Below are positions 41,900 to 59,750 of a DNA stretch of 64,000 nucleotides, piece by piece. The position numbers and the translations under genes were made by a program. The notes beneath the pieces were generated by a model, which saw nothing but the letters and a program-made list of their open reading frames with translations, was not told the DNA's origin and did no database searches. Source of the stretch: the human T2T-CHM13v2.0 reference genome, Homo sapiens; assembly GCF_009914755.1 (NCBI RefSeq), contig NC_060944.1; one strand, written 5' to 3'. The first letter of the stretch is position 1; every line of letters begins with the position of its first letter.

Positions 41900-43400
41900 G
41901 GGCCGAGAGCGCCCCCTCCACCCCGAGCACACACACGCGCGCACACACGAGCTTCTGCTGGGGGTGGGAGGGGGGGGTCGCCATTCACCAGCAGCCCACG
42001 GCCCGCAGAGCCAACTGATAGAGACCCCAGCCACAGGCCACAGGACCTGGGAGTCCCTGCGATGGGGGAAACCCCGCCCGCACCTCCCCAGGCTCCCCAC
42101 CAACGCGTGTGGCCCCGGGGGGCGGGGCGCAGAGGGAAGAGGTGACATAATCCGAGCCGCACCCCCTCTGGCCGCCACCTCCCCCCAGGCCGGGCGAAGC
42201 ATCCATGACATCATCCGCCTCCTCTCCGCTCCCCTCCCCCTTGGGACCCTAGCAGCGGGACGCGCCCCCTACCCAGTCCGGGTCAGGTCAGACATGCCGC
42301 GCAGTGCAGCAGGCACGGCGGCAGGTCGGAGCCGGGAGGGATGCCACGATGGGCCTGCCTCACTTACTCGCTGCCTCAGGGTCCGGCGCGGGGTCTCCGA
42401 CACGGGCGCCACCGGCCCCGCTTGCTGGCGCAGCCCGAAGCACGCCCGGCGGGGCGCGCTGCGCGGGCCCGGCTCCGCTCCGCGCCCCTCCTGCTCCCCG
42501 CCCGAGCCCCGCCCACCAGCGGCTGCGGCAAACGCGAGCCCGCCCTCCGGCCACGCCCCCCAGGGCAGCCAATGCCCGGGCTGGGGCGGGGTGAGGCGCC
42601 TTAACCCCTTCGTCGCTGCGCCCCGCCCGCGCGTGGGACCCCTCAGCCTCACCCTCTCTAGGGCGCAGCAAGTCCGCCGCGAGCCCCTCTGCTCATCGCT
42701 CGTTACCCCCCAGGCCCTTGGGCTTGGGCTCAGGCCCAGTCGTTCCTCTGCAACAAATCCAATGGAACCGCGCCCTCCCTGAATCCCACGTTTAGGAAGA
42801 GGAGGAGGAGCCCCTCTTGCTTGGGGGAAGGGGCTCCCGACTCGGAGCCCCGAGCCCCATTCCTCTCCCGCGCCAGCTCTTCGGGACGCGGCCTCCCAGC
42901 GGACGCCCTGAGACCTTGCAAGTCCGCTAGGGAGGGGTCGGGACGAGCCGTCGCGGGTGGATCCGCCCGGCCGAGCAACGACCCGCCCGGGCGCGAGGAC
43001 CACGGGCTGTCGTGCGGGAGGCGTCGAGGGGCAGTAAACTCCGTTCGTGACCAAACGGAGACGATTTGAAACTTGCTGCTCACACTGGATCACCGTCTGG
43101 AAGGTGCGACGGGGAAAAAATACACATTACACTCCAGCAGGATTGAACGCTTTCACCCTGTGCCCCGCGCCTGGCGTAACGCGTGGCCCCAGACCACACG
43201 CTGTAACCCGGGGTGAGAGGGAGTGAGGTGGGACTTCGTACCGGACCCGGAGCGCCGGCCTCGCCCGCGCGGGCAGCGTTCACTGTGGGGAGTGCTCACT
43301 CAGCCTAGGGCGGCCCGGGAGGACTGCCGGGAGGAGGGAGTCGGCCTTGAATTGAGGCCTCAGCCTTGAATAGGGTAGGGAGGCAAGCCTAGCCGAGAGT
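41900..43400. promoter_or_regulatory. Large CpG island, main LZTS3 promoter
   Basis: Very high GC and CpG content. CCACGCCC 42551-42558, CCAAT 42569-42573 and 42759-42763, GGGGCGGGG 42583-42591, CRE/AP-1-like TGACATAA 42143-42150 and TGACATCA 42206-42213. Confidence 0.85.
42364..42520 (-). other. LZTS3: LZTS3 non-coding exon 1 (both boundaries approximate)
   Basis: Overlapping donor candidates CGA|gtaagt (42367-42366) and TAA|gtgagg (42363-42362) in a CpG island, just downstream of GC and CCAAT boxes. Confidence 0.6.
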
Positions 43401-44784
43401 TTAGCACTAGCAAAAGCCTGGAGGCACCAGGGTCTGCCCTAAGAACTGCAGCGCCTCTGCTCTGGCTGGGATTTAACGCATTACGTCTCTGCTGTTTATA
43501 GGTGTTGTGTTTGGTCTTACGACTTCGTATTCTATAGTTTTTATTTATTCCTGTTTTCTGAATTTTCCCACATTTGCTTTTATCTTCTATCGTGATTTTC
43601 AAGGCAGAAAGTATTTTTAATTCTTCTCGCGGCTGCCTTTAAATTTATCAAATGAAAATAGTTTACATTTCACAAATTAGTAAAGTCAGTGACAAATAAT
43701 TCGTTTTTATATTCCCCCATGAGAAATTTTGTGTGCTTTTCTGCCTCCTACCTGCCGCCCTCACTACTTATATTTGTCCACTTAATCAGGACGACAGACC
43801 TAACTTTTGTTTACACTTTTTTTTTAAGCCACAACATTCTTTTTCAATCCTTGTTTTTGGCTTTTGCCAACTCTGTTTAATTGGTTTCAATGTTACTGCC
43901 GGTTTTTTGTGCTCTAATTTTTCTATTCCTCATTTGGACCCATCTCTCACATGACTGGTGATTTCAGGGAGGACTCTGGAATGTTGTATTTCCTAAGCCT
44001 TTGCCTTAGGTGAGAATGCCTTTATAATGATTTCCTGTTTATAGGATTCTTGAGTCTCAAGCTTTCCCCCTCAAAACTCTTGTCTTTATTTCATTGTCTT
44101 CTGGCACTGAAAATGCAAAGCTGGGTTTGTCTGTTTAAGGTCAGCAGTTTGCTTGGTGCTTGCAAGGGTTTTTCTTTACCCTCAAAAGTCAAACATTTTG
44201 CCAGTATAAATCAATATGGGCCTTATCTATTAATTTTCCAGAAACAAAAGAGGTCTTCTTTGTAGCTTAGAAAAGTTTTCTTCCTGTCCATTCTGTGAAA
44301 AGATTTGGGTTTTTTTCTTTCCTCTCCTCTAAAATTATCACATTGGATCACCAATGTCAAATAAATCTGTTTGTTTTCTCTGCACCCTGGGAGACTATAT
44401 CAAGTTTTTCTTCACCATTACGGATTTAATTTTCTTCAGAGCCAAGAGTACTGTTTATTTTCTCCAATAAGACATTTGATTCTGCTTGTTTTATTTTTCT
44501 TTCAGCCAATTTCCATTCCACCTCTGTCTTGATCTCAACTTAATCTCTCTTTGTAGTCTCCATTCCTATTTCATAGACTAATGTGGTTTTGCATCTTTAA
44601 AAGAACACCAGGAAAATAAGAGAATACTATCTATATCTGACTCTGGTCCAATGCATATGAAAACTTTTTTGTTTTTTTGAGACAGAGTCTCACTTAAAAT
44701 TTACACAAACTCTAGCATAGTGTGTAACTATTGAATGAATAACTAATGCAATCCCCTTCCTTTCTTTCAGAGCAACTATGAACT

Positions 44785-44823
<39 letters not shown>

Positions 44824-45087
44824 CTGAAATGGAGTCTCCCTCTGGAATGCAATGGTGCAATCTCAGCCCACTGCAACGTTCGCCTCCTGGGTTCAAGCAA
44901 TTCTCCTGCCTCAGCCTCCTGAGTAGCTGGGATTACAGGCATGTGCCACCACCACGCCGGGCTAATTTTTGTATTTTTAGTAGAGACGGGGTTTCATTAT
45001 GTTGGTCAGGCTGGTCTCGAACTCCTGACCTTGAGATCCGCCCGCCTCGGCCTCCCAAAGTGCTGAGATTAGACTATTTGTATCTAG

Positions 45088-45351
<264 letters not shown>

Positions 45352-45706
45352 TAGTAGAGACAGTGTTTCGCCATGTTGGCCAGGCTGGTCTCGAATTCCT
45401 GGCCTCAAGTGATCCACCCTCCTCCACCTTCCAAAGTGCTGGGATTACAGAACTGAGCCACCGTGCCCGGCCCTGAAAACCTTGATAAAGGGGCTCATTT
45501 TCTGGGAAATAAAATTACAAGGATAACAAAGATATTAAAAACATCATCCAAGAAATATGTCCAAAAAAGGTTCTGGTGGCCGGCATCGTTGCTCACGCCT
45601 ATAATCTCAACACTTTAGGAGGCCGAGGCAGGAGGATGGCTTGAGCCCAGGAGTTCAAGACCAGCCTGGACAACATAGGGAGACCCTGTCTCTACAAAAA
45701 AATTTA

Positions 45707-46020
<314 letters not shown>

Positions 46021-47023
46021 TTAAAAAATTAGCTAGGCACAGTGGTGCACACCTGTGATCTCAGCTACTCAGGAGGCTGAGGTTGGATGATGGCTTGGGC
46101 CTGGGAGGTTCAGGCTGCAAGTGGGCCGTGATCGTGCTACTGCACTCTAGTCTGGGCAGCAGAGCAAGACCTTGTCTCAAAAATAAATAAATGAAATTTT
46201 AAAAAGGCTCTGGCCTCAGACAGTTTAATGGAAGAAATCTCTCAAACTCACTGAATAGATAATTTTCACCCTACTAATCTGCATCAGAACCCAGAAAAGA
46301 TAGAATGCTGTCTATTTCATTTTATGAAGCCACAATTCCCCTTATACCAATTCCTAATAATAGCACAGGAAGAAAGGAAAACTGAAAACCATACTCATCA
46401 GTCATCAGTTCCAGGGGTGGAAAATCCTACATACAATTCAAGAAAATAAAACTGTAGATTATTCTGTATGAAATTAATAAGCCATGAGTTTGTCAACTGA
46501 GAAAAAAAAACAATTATCATAATAGATGCCAAAAAAATCAGTCAAAAATGAATACCCAAAAAGAACCCTCCTAATTAACCAGGAACAGTTGAAATTAAGA
46601 ATTATGTATTACCGGCCAGGCACGGTGGCTCATGCCTTAATCCCAGCACTTTGGGAGGCTGAGGTGGGTAGATCACCTGAAGTCAGGAGTTTGAGACCAG
46701 CCTGGCCAATATGGTGAAGCCTCATCTCTACTAAAAATACAAAAATTAGCTGGGTGGGGTGGCAAGTGCCTGTAATCCCAGCGACTCAGGAGGCTGAAGC
46801 GGGAGGATCACCTGAACTTGGGAGGTCGTGACTGCAGTGAACAGTCATCATGCCACTGCACAATGCAGCCTGGGCTACAGAGTGAGTTGCCATCTCAAAA
46901 AAAAAAAAAAAAAAAAAAAAGCCACGTGAGATGTGAGTTCCTGTTTCCCTACAGCCTCACCAGCATAGGATATCATTAGTCTTTTAAATATTTGTTTTAA
47001 TCACGTCTTCTTTGCCCCATAGC

Positions 47024-47631
<608 letters not shown>

Positions 47632-48126
47632 TAGCATGTCCAGCTAATTTTTGTAGTTTTTGTAGAGACAAGCTTTTGCCATGTTTTCCAGGCTGGTCTC
47701 AAACTCCTGAGCTCAAGCGATCCACCTGAGAGCTGAGCACTCCCACAGTGCTGAGATTACAGGTGTGAGCCACTGCACCTAGCCTCACATAGCATTTTGA
47801 GGGTATAAATTGGTACAACCTTTTGGGAGGACAATTTGGTAGTATATAAAAATATGAAATGTGTATATCCTTGGACCCAGCAATCTCATTTCTTGGGAAG
47901 AGATACCATCACAAATAATATGATGTATGTCTGAAGACAGTCACTAATGTACTGAATGTAAAAGTAAAAAAAAAAAAAAAACCTCCTAAATACATCAATC
48001 TATTAATAGAAGATTGATTAAATGAATTACAAGGCATCCAATGCAATGTAACAATAGACAGCTATTAATATTTAAAAGGACATGGATGCCTATGTGTTGA
48101 CACAGAAAGATGACTACAGTAAGTGA

Positions 48127-48423
<297 letters not shown>

Positions 48424-49079
48424 TAGTAGAAACAGGGTTTCACCATGTTGGCCAGGATGGTCTCGAACTCCTGACCTCAGGTGATCTGCCCGCCTTGGCC
48501 TCCCAAAGTGCCTGGGATTAAAGATGTGAGCCACCATGCCCAGCCCCTCTATTCTTTTTCAAAGAATATATATGTACGTGCATAGAAAATTCAGGAAAGA
48601 TACATACAAGATTAAACATGGGCCACCTTGAGATGGTGGGATCATAGGTCATATGGCAGAAGAAAGGAGTCTAGGCACTAATGTAATTTTTGCACTTTGG
48701 CACAATCAGCTCACTGCAGCCTCGAATTCCTAGACTCAAGTGATCCTCCTGCCTGCCTCAGTCTCCTGAGGAGGCAGGACTACAGGCATGCCCAGCTTCC
48801 TTTTAAAAATTTTTTTGTAGAGAAGGGGTCTTGCTAAGTTGCCCAGGCCGGTCATGAATTCCTGACCTCAAGCAATCCTCCTGCCTCTGCCTCCCAAAGT
48901 GCTGAGATAACAGATGTGAGCCACCACAGCTGGGCAAATATTTAATATCTTAATACTTTGCTATTTCTACATTTTCAGAGCTTACCTGTTTATTCTTCCA
49001 CATAAACTTATTTTCCTTTTTGACTGTCTTTAAAAATATATTTAAAATATAAATTTAAAAAATCGTATCTCTTAATACT

Positions 49080-49590
49080 CTAGAGTAAGCAGAATAATGC
49101 CCCCCACCCAAAATGTCCAAATCCTAATTCCCAGAACCTGTGAATATGTTGTTACATGGCCAAGCGAAATTAAGGTTGTAGATAGAGTTAAGGCTTTGAT
49201 CAGCAGACCTTAAAATAGGAAGATTAGCCTGGATTATCCAGGCAGGCCCAGTGTCATCACAAGCGTTCTTAAAAGTGAAAGAGGATGGCAGAAAGAGTGA
49301 GATGGAGATGTGACTAGGAAAGAATGATCAGAGAGATGCAACATAACTGGCTTTGCAGATGGAAGAAGGGGGCCATGAGCCAAGAAATGTGGGTGGCCTC
49401 TAGCTGGAAAAGAACCTCCAGAAAGGGAGCACAGTCCTTCCTTGAAAGGGAGCACAGTCCTTCCTTGATTTTAGCACAGAAGACCCGCACTGGACTTCTA
49501 TGCTACAGAAGCAGAAGATAATAAGTTTGTGTAGTTTTTTGCCACTAAGATTCGGTCATTTGTTACAGCAGCACTAGAAAATGAATACAA
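49080..49590 (+). mobile_element. MaLR solo LTR (MLT1D-like)
   Basis: cagaataatgcccc...ctaattcccagaacctgtgaatatgtt...tttgttacagcagcactagaaaatgaataca. Confidence 0.8.
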
Positions 49591-49750
49591 ATACATAATA
49601 GACACAACATTCCTTAGTTGAATGATGAATGAAATCACAAAAACCCTAGGTCTACAGATAAATAGGTAAAAGAAATATATCACTTAGGGCCGGGTACGGT
49701 GGCTCACGCTTACAATCCCAGCACTTTGGGAGGCCGAGGCAGGTGGATTA

Positions 49751-50119
<369 letters not shown>

Positions 50120-50505
50120 CTATATCCTCGCTGATACTGAAGAGATGCAGATCAAAACCTATCAAATTAGGAAAGACTATTGCAATCCTTTGGGGTCCTA
50201 CCCACCAAGTTGTCCAGAAGGGGATCTGGGTTTACCTCTCTGAGATGACTGCTTGCAGTTACCTCTGAACAGCAAATTAGGGGGCAGACAAGGCACTTTA
50301 ATTCATGCTAAAGTTCGAATGTTTGTACTAAAGCCTTTTATAGCTATGCTTACTTTATGAGGAAATGAAAACTTCTGGAATTGGGCCAAAAATTCCTGGG
50401 AATTACCAGTAAAGGTCTTGGGGGTTATCTAAACCAATATAAAAGTAACTGAAATGATTATAATCCAAGAATGCTGGGGTCTTTTATTACCGTTTGATAA
50501 GCTGA

Positions 50506-50816
<311 letters not shown>

Positions 50817-50826
50817 TGATGTTTAT

Positions 50827-50844
50827 ACACACACACACACACAC
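50827..50844 (+). repeat. (AC)9 microsatellite
   Basis: Perfect dinucleotide run. Confidence 0.85.
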
Positions 50845-50866
50845 GGTCCATGAAAAATAAAATTTA

Positions 50867-51265
<399 letters not shown>

Positions 51266-51499
51266 TTACCTAAGATAGAAAATGGTTTATGTTTTTCCTG
51301 TGTTCCACAGGGTCCCCCTGTAACATCTGATTCTGTTTTTATATAATTGATGCATTGTTTATATGATACTAAGGGACTCATCTGTACCTATACCCTGTAA
51401 GCCTCATTTCAAGATATTTAGATACAAAGCGAAAAGGAACACAAGTCACCACTTCAAGTGAGTGCCTCTGCATCATACATGTACATGTGAAACATGTAG

Positions 51500-51682
<183 letters not shown>

Positions 51683-51828
51683 TAGATGGGGTTTCACCAT
51701 GTTGCCCAGGCTGATCTTAAACTCTGGGGCTCAAGTGATCCACCTGCCTCGGCCTCCCAAAGTGCTGGGATTATAGGCATGAGCCACTGTGCCTGAGGCG
51801 GGAGGATCATGCTGAAACTCCATCTCTA

Positions 51829-52272
<444 letters not shown>

Positions 52273-52924
52273 CTAGGTGACAGAGCGAAAGTCCATCTCA
52301 AAAAAAAAAAAAAAAAAAAAGACAACTGCCCAACTAGACGGCAAGCACATGTCCGCACAACTACACTATTATGTGAACAACACAGGGAACCGTGGAGTTT
52401 AGCTCAACAAGGTGACTTGACTTACCTTGCTGAGAAACAGCTAAAGGGAAATCTCTTACAGCAATTGAGGAATTAAGTCTCAGTTACTCAGTTCTGAACA
52501 GTTAGAACATTAAGAGTTTTAGTTTTATTATATTATAGATGTGTTTTTGTGTCATATGGTAGAAATGTAAATAGTAAATGTAAAATAGAAAGTTAAAATG
52601 ACTAAAAAACCAGTCAGCGTAAATCTACCAAGCTATACGCAAAAGGTTATATTTAAATAAGTTTAATGTTACAGTATTGGTATTTGGTAGGTTTTCTTAT
52701 AAGGTTCCCTTATCCATTTTGCTGTAATTAACAATCGGATAATGTATTAGCCAGCCAAAAATTATGTATGCTGTCAGGATAAATCAAGTCAAAATGTTTT
52801 TCAATGTCACTACAGAAATTGTTTTTGGTTCAACTATATGACTATCAAAGGTTATGTACAACGCACAACTCTACCCAGATACTCATCCTTGCACTGTTCT
52901 AAATAAAGGAAACAAGACTCTTCA

Positions 52925-53115
52925 GTACTCTGTTTTTCAAACTGTAGGTCAAGATCTGTTAGTGAGCTGTAAAATCAATTTAGTCACCATTGGCAATAAA
53001 ATAGAATAGAGAGGCAAGTATCAACATGCATCAAACCAAAAGGATTGTACTGTGAAACGCCTGCTTCATGGATCTATATGCATACATGCACACATAAGAA
53101 AATGGATTTCTTACT
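52925..53115 (+). mobile_element. MER103C-like fragment
   Basis: tttttcaaactgtaggtc...aaaatcaatttagt...aaaatagaataga. Confidence 0.5.
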
Positions 53116-53714
53116 AAGAGATACTGTTAAAAGAGTCTGAAAACACAGCCTTAGTGGAATAGCTGTCTCTAATCTTGGGGCTGAGGCATGCACGCATGAA
53201 GACTTGAGGGATATTCTCAAATAGTCCAGTGGCTTGTGGAGGGAGAAGTTGATGGTATAATGACAATTTGTGGGATAAAGTGATGTAAAGGTTTAAGAAA
53301 TGAGTTAACAGATTCAAAACACTAAGTAAATAAACATTCCCACTTCTTCCCCACCCAGACTTAACAAACATAGCTCAGATCTCTGGGCTCAGACCTTCCC
53401 AGCCAGGTCCCAGCCTCCTTTTCCAGCTTTGTCTCTCATTTGCCCTGGCCTTTCCTCCACCCAACACTCCATGCTCCCCTCAGGGAACCACAGGCCTTAT
53501 TCTCCACTCCAGATCTCTGCACCTGTCCTCCTTCTAGCCTGGAAGGCCTCTCCTATTATCCACTGGTCCCTTTCATACACTCCAGCATCTGGCTGTGCAC
53601 TTGCTAGCTTGTGATTGATTGGTCTCTCTGTCAGATTAATACCACTGCACTGGCCGGGCGCGGTGGCTCAAGCCTGTAATCCCAGCACTTAGGGAGGCCA
53701 AGGCGGGTGGATCA

Positions 53715-54005
<291 letters not shown>

Positions 54006-54080
54006 CTAGGGTGTTCAAAATCATGCCTTGTACTCAGTAAGCTCCCCATAAATTACGTTATTTTTTAACAACATATTTCA

Positions 54081-54266
<186 letters not shown>

Positions 54267-55038
54267 TTAGCTGGGCATGGTGGAGTGCTCCTGTAGTCCT
54301 AGCTACTAGAAAGGCTGAGGTGGGAGGATCACTTGAGCCCAGAAGTTTGAGGCAGCAGTGAGCCATGATCACACCACTGTACTCCAGCCTGGGCAAGAGT
54401 GAGACTCTGTCTCAAAAAACAAAAATCCAACATGCATCCAGTATCAGTATCACTGTGGTAGCCTGGGGGAATCACTGAACTGCCACCATATTACCGGTGG
54501 CTTCACATAACCCAGCTACTTTAGCTCCACATAACCCAGCTATTTTAGCTCCTTTTCTTGAGGTTTAGCATGAGCCAAGGATACACAAGGCCATCTAGGA
54601 CTCTTTATGTTTTGTTATAGAAAAGTTTAAACATGTAGGAAAATAGATGGCTGGGTGCAGTGGCTCATGCCTGTAATCCCAACACTTTGGGAGGCCAAGA
54701 TAGGTGGATTGCTTGAGCTCATGAGTTCGAGACCAGCCTAGGCAACATGGCAAAACCCCATCTCTACAAAAAGTTAAAAAATTAGCCGGGCATGGTGGTG
54801 CACACCTGTAAGTCCCATCTACTCAGGAGGCTGAGGTGAGAGGATGGCTTGAGCCTGGGAGGCAGAGGTGCAGTGACCTGACATCGTGCCACTGTACTCC
54901 AGCCTGGGCAACAGAGCTAGATCTTATCCTAAAAACAAAAACAAGGCCAGGTGCGGTGGCTCATGCCTGTAATCCCAGCACTTTGGGAGGCCGAGGCGGG
55001 TGGATCATGAGGTCAGGAGATTGAGACCATCCTGGCTA

Positions 55039-55416
<378 letters not shown>

Positions 55417-55571
55417 TTACTGGACTCTATAGGGCGCAAGTAGTATCACAATAGACCTGTGTAGGGCTGGGCTGTGAAGATAAGGCACCCAGGACAAGCA
55501 CTGCTTGAGAGTTACAAAAATCAAAATGTATCTGATTGGTTGGAGCCAAGAGTCAAGGGTTCCAAAATCTA

Positions 55572-55884
<313 letters not shown>

Positions 55885-55986
55885 TCAGGTAGAATTCCAA
55901 TGAAGTTGGCTGGGCGTGGTGGCTCATGGCTGTAATCCCAGCACTTTAGGAGGCCAAGGCGGGTGGATCATGAGGTCAGGGGTTCA

Positions 55987-56284
<298 letters not shown>

Positions 56285-56310
56285 TCAGGAGATCGAGACC
56301 ATCCTGGCTA

Positions 56311-56580
<270 letters not shown>

Positions 56581-58124
56581 TCATCATCCATCAGTCATAG
56601 CTATGTCCTCAGCTATCACGGTAACCCTGGCGCTCCAGAGTAAGTGAAAACTACCCTCAGACAAAAATAAAAATTAAAGGCCAGGTGTAGGGGTTCACGC
56701 TTATAATCCCGGCACTTTGGGAGGCCAAGGTGGGCGGATCACCTGAGGTCAGGAGTTTGAGACCAACCTGGCAACCATGGCAAAATCCTGTCTCTACTAA
56801 AAATACAAAAAATTAGCCAGGCATGGTGGAGGGCGCCAGTAATTCCAGCTATTCAGGAGGCTGAGGCAGGAGAATCACTTGAACTCGGGAAGTGGAGGTT
56901 TCAGTGAGCTGGGATTGCGCCACTGCACCCCTGCCTGGGCGACAGAGCGAGATTCCCTCTCTAAATAAGTGAATCAATAAAATTTAATTAGAGCTAGCAA
57001 GGCTGGGCACAGTGGCTCATGCCTGTAATGCAGCACTTTGGGAGGCTGAGGCGGGGGGATCACTTGAAGTCAGGAGTTTGAGACCAGCCTGCCCAACATG
57101 GCGAAACCCCGTCTCTAGTAAAAATACAAAAATTAGCCAGGTGTGGTGGCGCATGCCTCTAATCCCAGCTATTTGGGAGGATGAGGCAGGAGAATCACTG
57201 AACGTGGGAGGTGGAGGTTGCAGTGAGCCAAGATTGCGCCAGTGCACTTCTGCCTAGGTGACAGTGAGACTCCAACTCAAGAAAAAAAAAAAAGTAGAGC
57301 TTGTGAAGTGTTTATGATCAGTTTTAGTGTCACATGTACAGATCAGTAATGTAATCATTATAATACTATGTCTGGTCTACGGCTGGGCGCGGTGGCTCAC
57401 GCTTGTAATCCCAGCACTTTGGGAGGCTGAGGCAGGCAGATTGCCTGAGGTCAGGAGTTCGAGATCAGCCTGGCCAACAAAGTGAAACCCCGTCTCTACT
57501 AAAAATACAAAAATTAGCTGGGAGTGGTGGCACGCTCCTGTAATCTCAGCTACTCGGGAGGCTGAGGCAGGAGAATCGCTTGAACCTGGGTGGTGGAGGT
57601 TGTAGTAAGCCGAGATCACTACAGCCTGGGCAACAGAGCGAGACTGCCTCAAAAAAAAAAAAAAGCATTAAATTTCATTTTATTTTCATTTTTCCCTTTA
57701 TTTTTTCATTTTTTAGTTGTGAAAGTAGTTCGTATATATTTAGAAAAATGTTTACTTTTGTTAATAAACTATTCATTTAATAAATGTATTAACTGAGCAC
57801 TAAATAATGCTCAAAGGATCATAGATTTTTTTTCCTCCACACTAAGCCCATGGGACATGAAGAATATCTGGGTGCTTCCAGGATATAAGGAAGGAATGTG
57901 CCTTTTCCCACTCCTGGCCTTTGGGTACTGTCCTGAGCATGGGATGCTGGGGCAGGGGCTGCCTTGGCCATCTTGCCATCTGCATGGCAGTGGCAGAGGA
58001 TAGCTGAGGGAAAAGACTAGAGAGCCCTGGAGCTGCCGCCTTGCTCTGTGAGAAGCCCCTTCCAATGGAGATTTGAATTACTTGCAACTTGTTGGCCTGC
58101 CTCTCCACCCCACCCCCATCTGTT

Positions 58125-58290
58125 CCCTAGCTCTCAACTTTGGCTGCACACTGGAATCTCCTACTCATGCTCCCTGACTATGCCCTCACAGATTCTGATT
58201 TGACTGGTCCTGGGTGCAACGGGGCTGGCATGAGACGACTAAAAACTCCCCAGGTGAATCCAATGAGCAACCAGGCTAAGGACCAGTGAT
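58125..58290. mobile_element. MER5-type hAT MITE
   Basis: ctctcaactttggctgcacactggaatc...gattctgattt...ctccccaggtgaatccaatg. Confidence 0.6.
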
Positions 58291-59469
58291 CTAACTGTAA
58301 GTCATTCTCTTCTTTTCCCTTTGTAATTTTATGTTTCCACCTCATACTGTGGTTGGCTACATCTGTTTCTTCCCTCTCCTACTAGAATGTAGGCTCCAGA
58401 TGGCCTTCCAAACAATACATGTGGCCCTTCACGCTCCAGGTGATGACAAGTACCCGCTGCTGATGGAAGTAGCAGAGTCATACCTTTCTTGGAATTTAGG
58501 TTCTACAGTCAATGCTTATGGCACCCAATGAGTCAAAAACACCCTTGGCAACTCCTAAGGAAGGCTCTGCCCTGGAACCTGATGTACTGTTTCCCCATCA
58601 CCATCCAGGGAGAGTTTCCTCCTGGGCCGGAACAGAAAGCTGCCTCCTCCATCAGGCACCAGAGGAAGTAGGGGGCTTCTGTTTAGGGACCACTTTGCAT
58701 AAATACACATTTAAACATGTGCCTCACCCTCAGCACAGCAGGATGCTCACGCCATGAACAGCCAACAGGAACCAGAGTGACCGACCCTCCAGGAGGTACA
58801 CACCTCCCTCCCATCCCACCCACTTCTGAGCATATGGTTCTCACATCCACCAGTGGGTGGAATCACCCACACCATTTAAACTTTTTGTCAAGGATGTAGA
58901 GCTGAATTCATGTGATTTCCCACATGAGCAATGTCCCTCCCTCCACTGCACAATTATAGCCAGCTCAAGCAGGTCCTCTCCTTCCTTCTACCTGCCCTGC
59001 AAATGGCTCTCTCCTTCACTGACCCCCCGCCCTCCTTCTTAAAGGCTGATGCTCCCTAGGACTCTATCCTTGATGCTTCTCATTAATTCTTCTCCCCGCT
59101 GGCTCTCAGCCCTACTTAGGGCTCCTGATCAGTTAAAAAAGACCCATGAGACCTCCCCTCCCCAGTTAACAGAGATGTGGCCCAAGAGGCTCCCCACTTC
59201 TAATTTGAGTGGGGGCAAAAGAAGAGAAAGATCTTATCTAGGTCTTGGGGGCAGGGCTTGCAGGGCACAAAGAAACAGAGTAAATGTGCAACAGGCTATT
59301 TTCTTGAATGAATGGATTCATAATAAGAACAGGACTTCACCAGCTTCCAAGGGACCCTCCCCACCTCTCGGATATATTCTGAAGCCTAAATTTCACCTGC
59401 TTATCTAGGATCCTAGGCCAGGCCTTCTGCCACACCAAGCCACACCAAGCTCAGCAGTACTCACAGGCC

Positions 59470-59475
59470 TTTAAT
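59470..59475 (-). terminator. DDRGK1: Candidate DDRGK1 polyadenylation signal ATTAAA
   Basis: TTTAAT on plus, about 110 nt past the stop. No AATAAA seen nearby; the real 3' end could be further downstream. Confidence 0.4.
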
Positions 59476-59583
59476 CTATAACTGCCTGGCCACACCATCA
59501 CTTCCCCAGGATGGTGGGGAGGGATGAAGATGTATAGCCAGGTAGGCCACACCAACTCTGAGTCCAAGAGGGAAGGACTGGGG

Positions 59584-59750
59584 TCAGGCTGGGGCTTGGG
59601 CAGGGGACTCCCGGCCCCAGGCGATGAGGGAGTTGCTGGCTTGGGCAAGCTCGGCGATGGACACCCGGCCCCGCTGTCGGATGAAGTTGGCCACGGCGGC
59701 CAGTTCCTCTGGGGTTATGTAGATGAACTTGCCCCGGTCGTCAATCACAC
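59584..59750 (-). CDS. DDRGK1: DDRGK1 (UFBP1) last coding exon, containing the DDRGK motif within the PCI/winged-helix region
   Basis: Acceptor ccccacag| at 59752-59751. Translates (G)[57 protein letters not shown] at 59586-59584. Confidence 0.96.

Noticed and set aside
41964-43093. 272-aa and 274-aa ORFs in the CpG island
   Set aside because: Low-complexity Pro/Arg/Gly/Ala products typical of CpG islands, with non-ATG starts and no homology I recognise.
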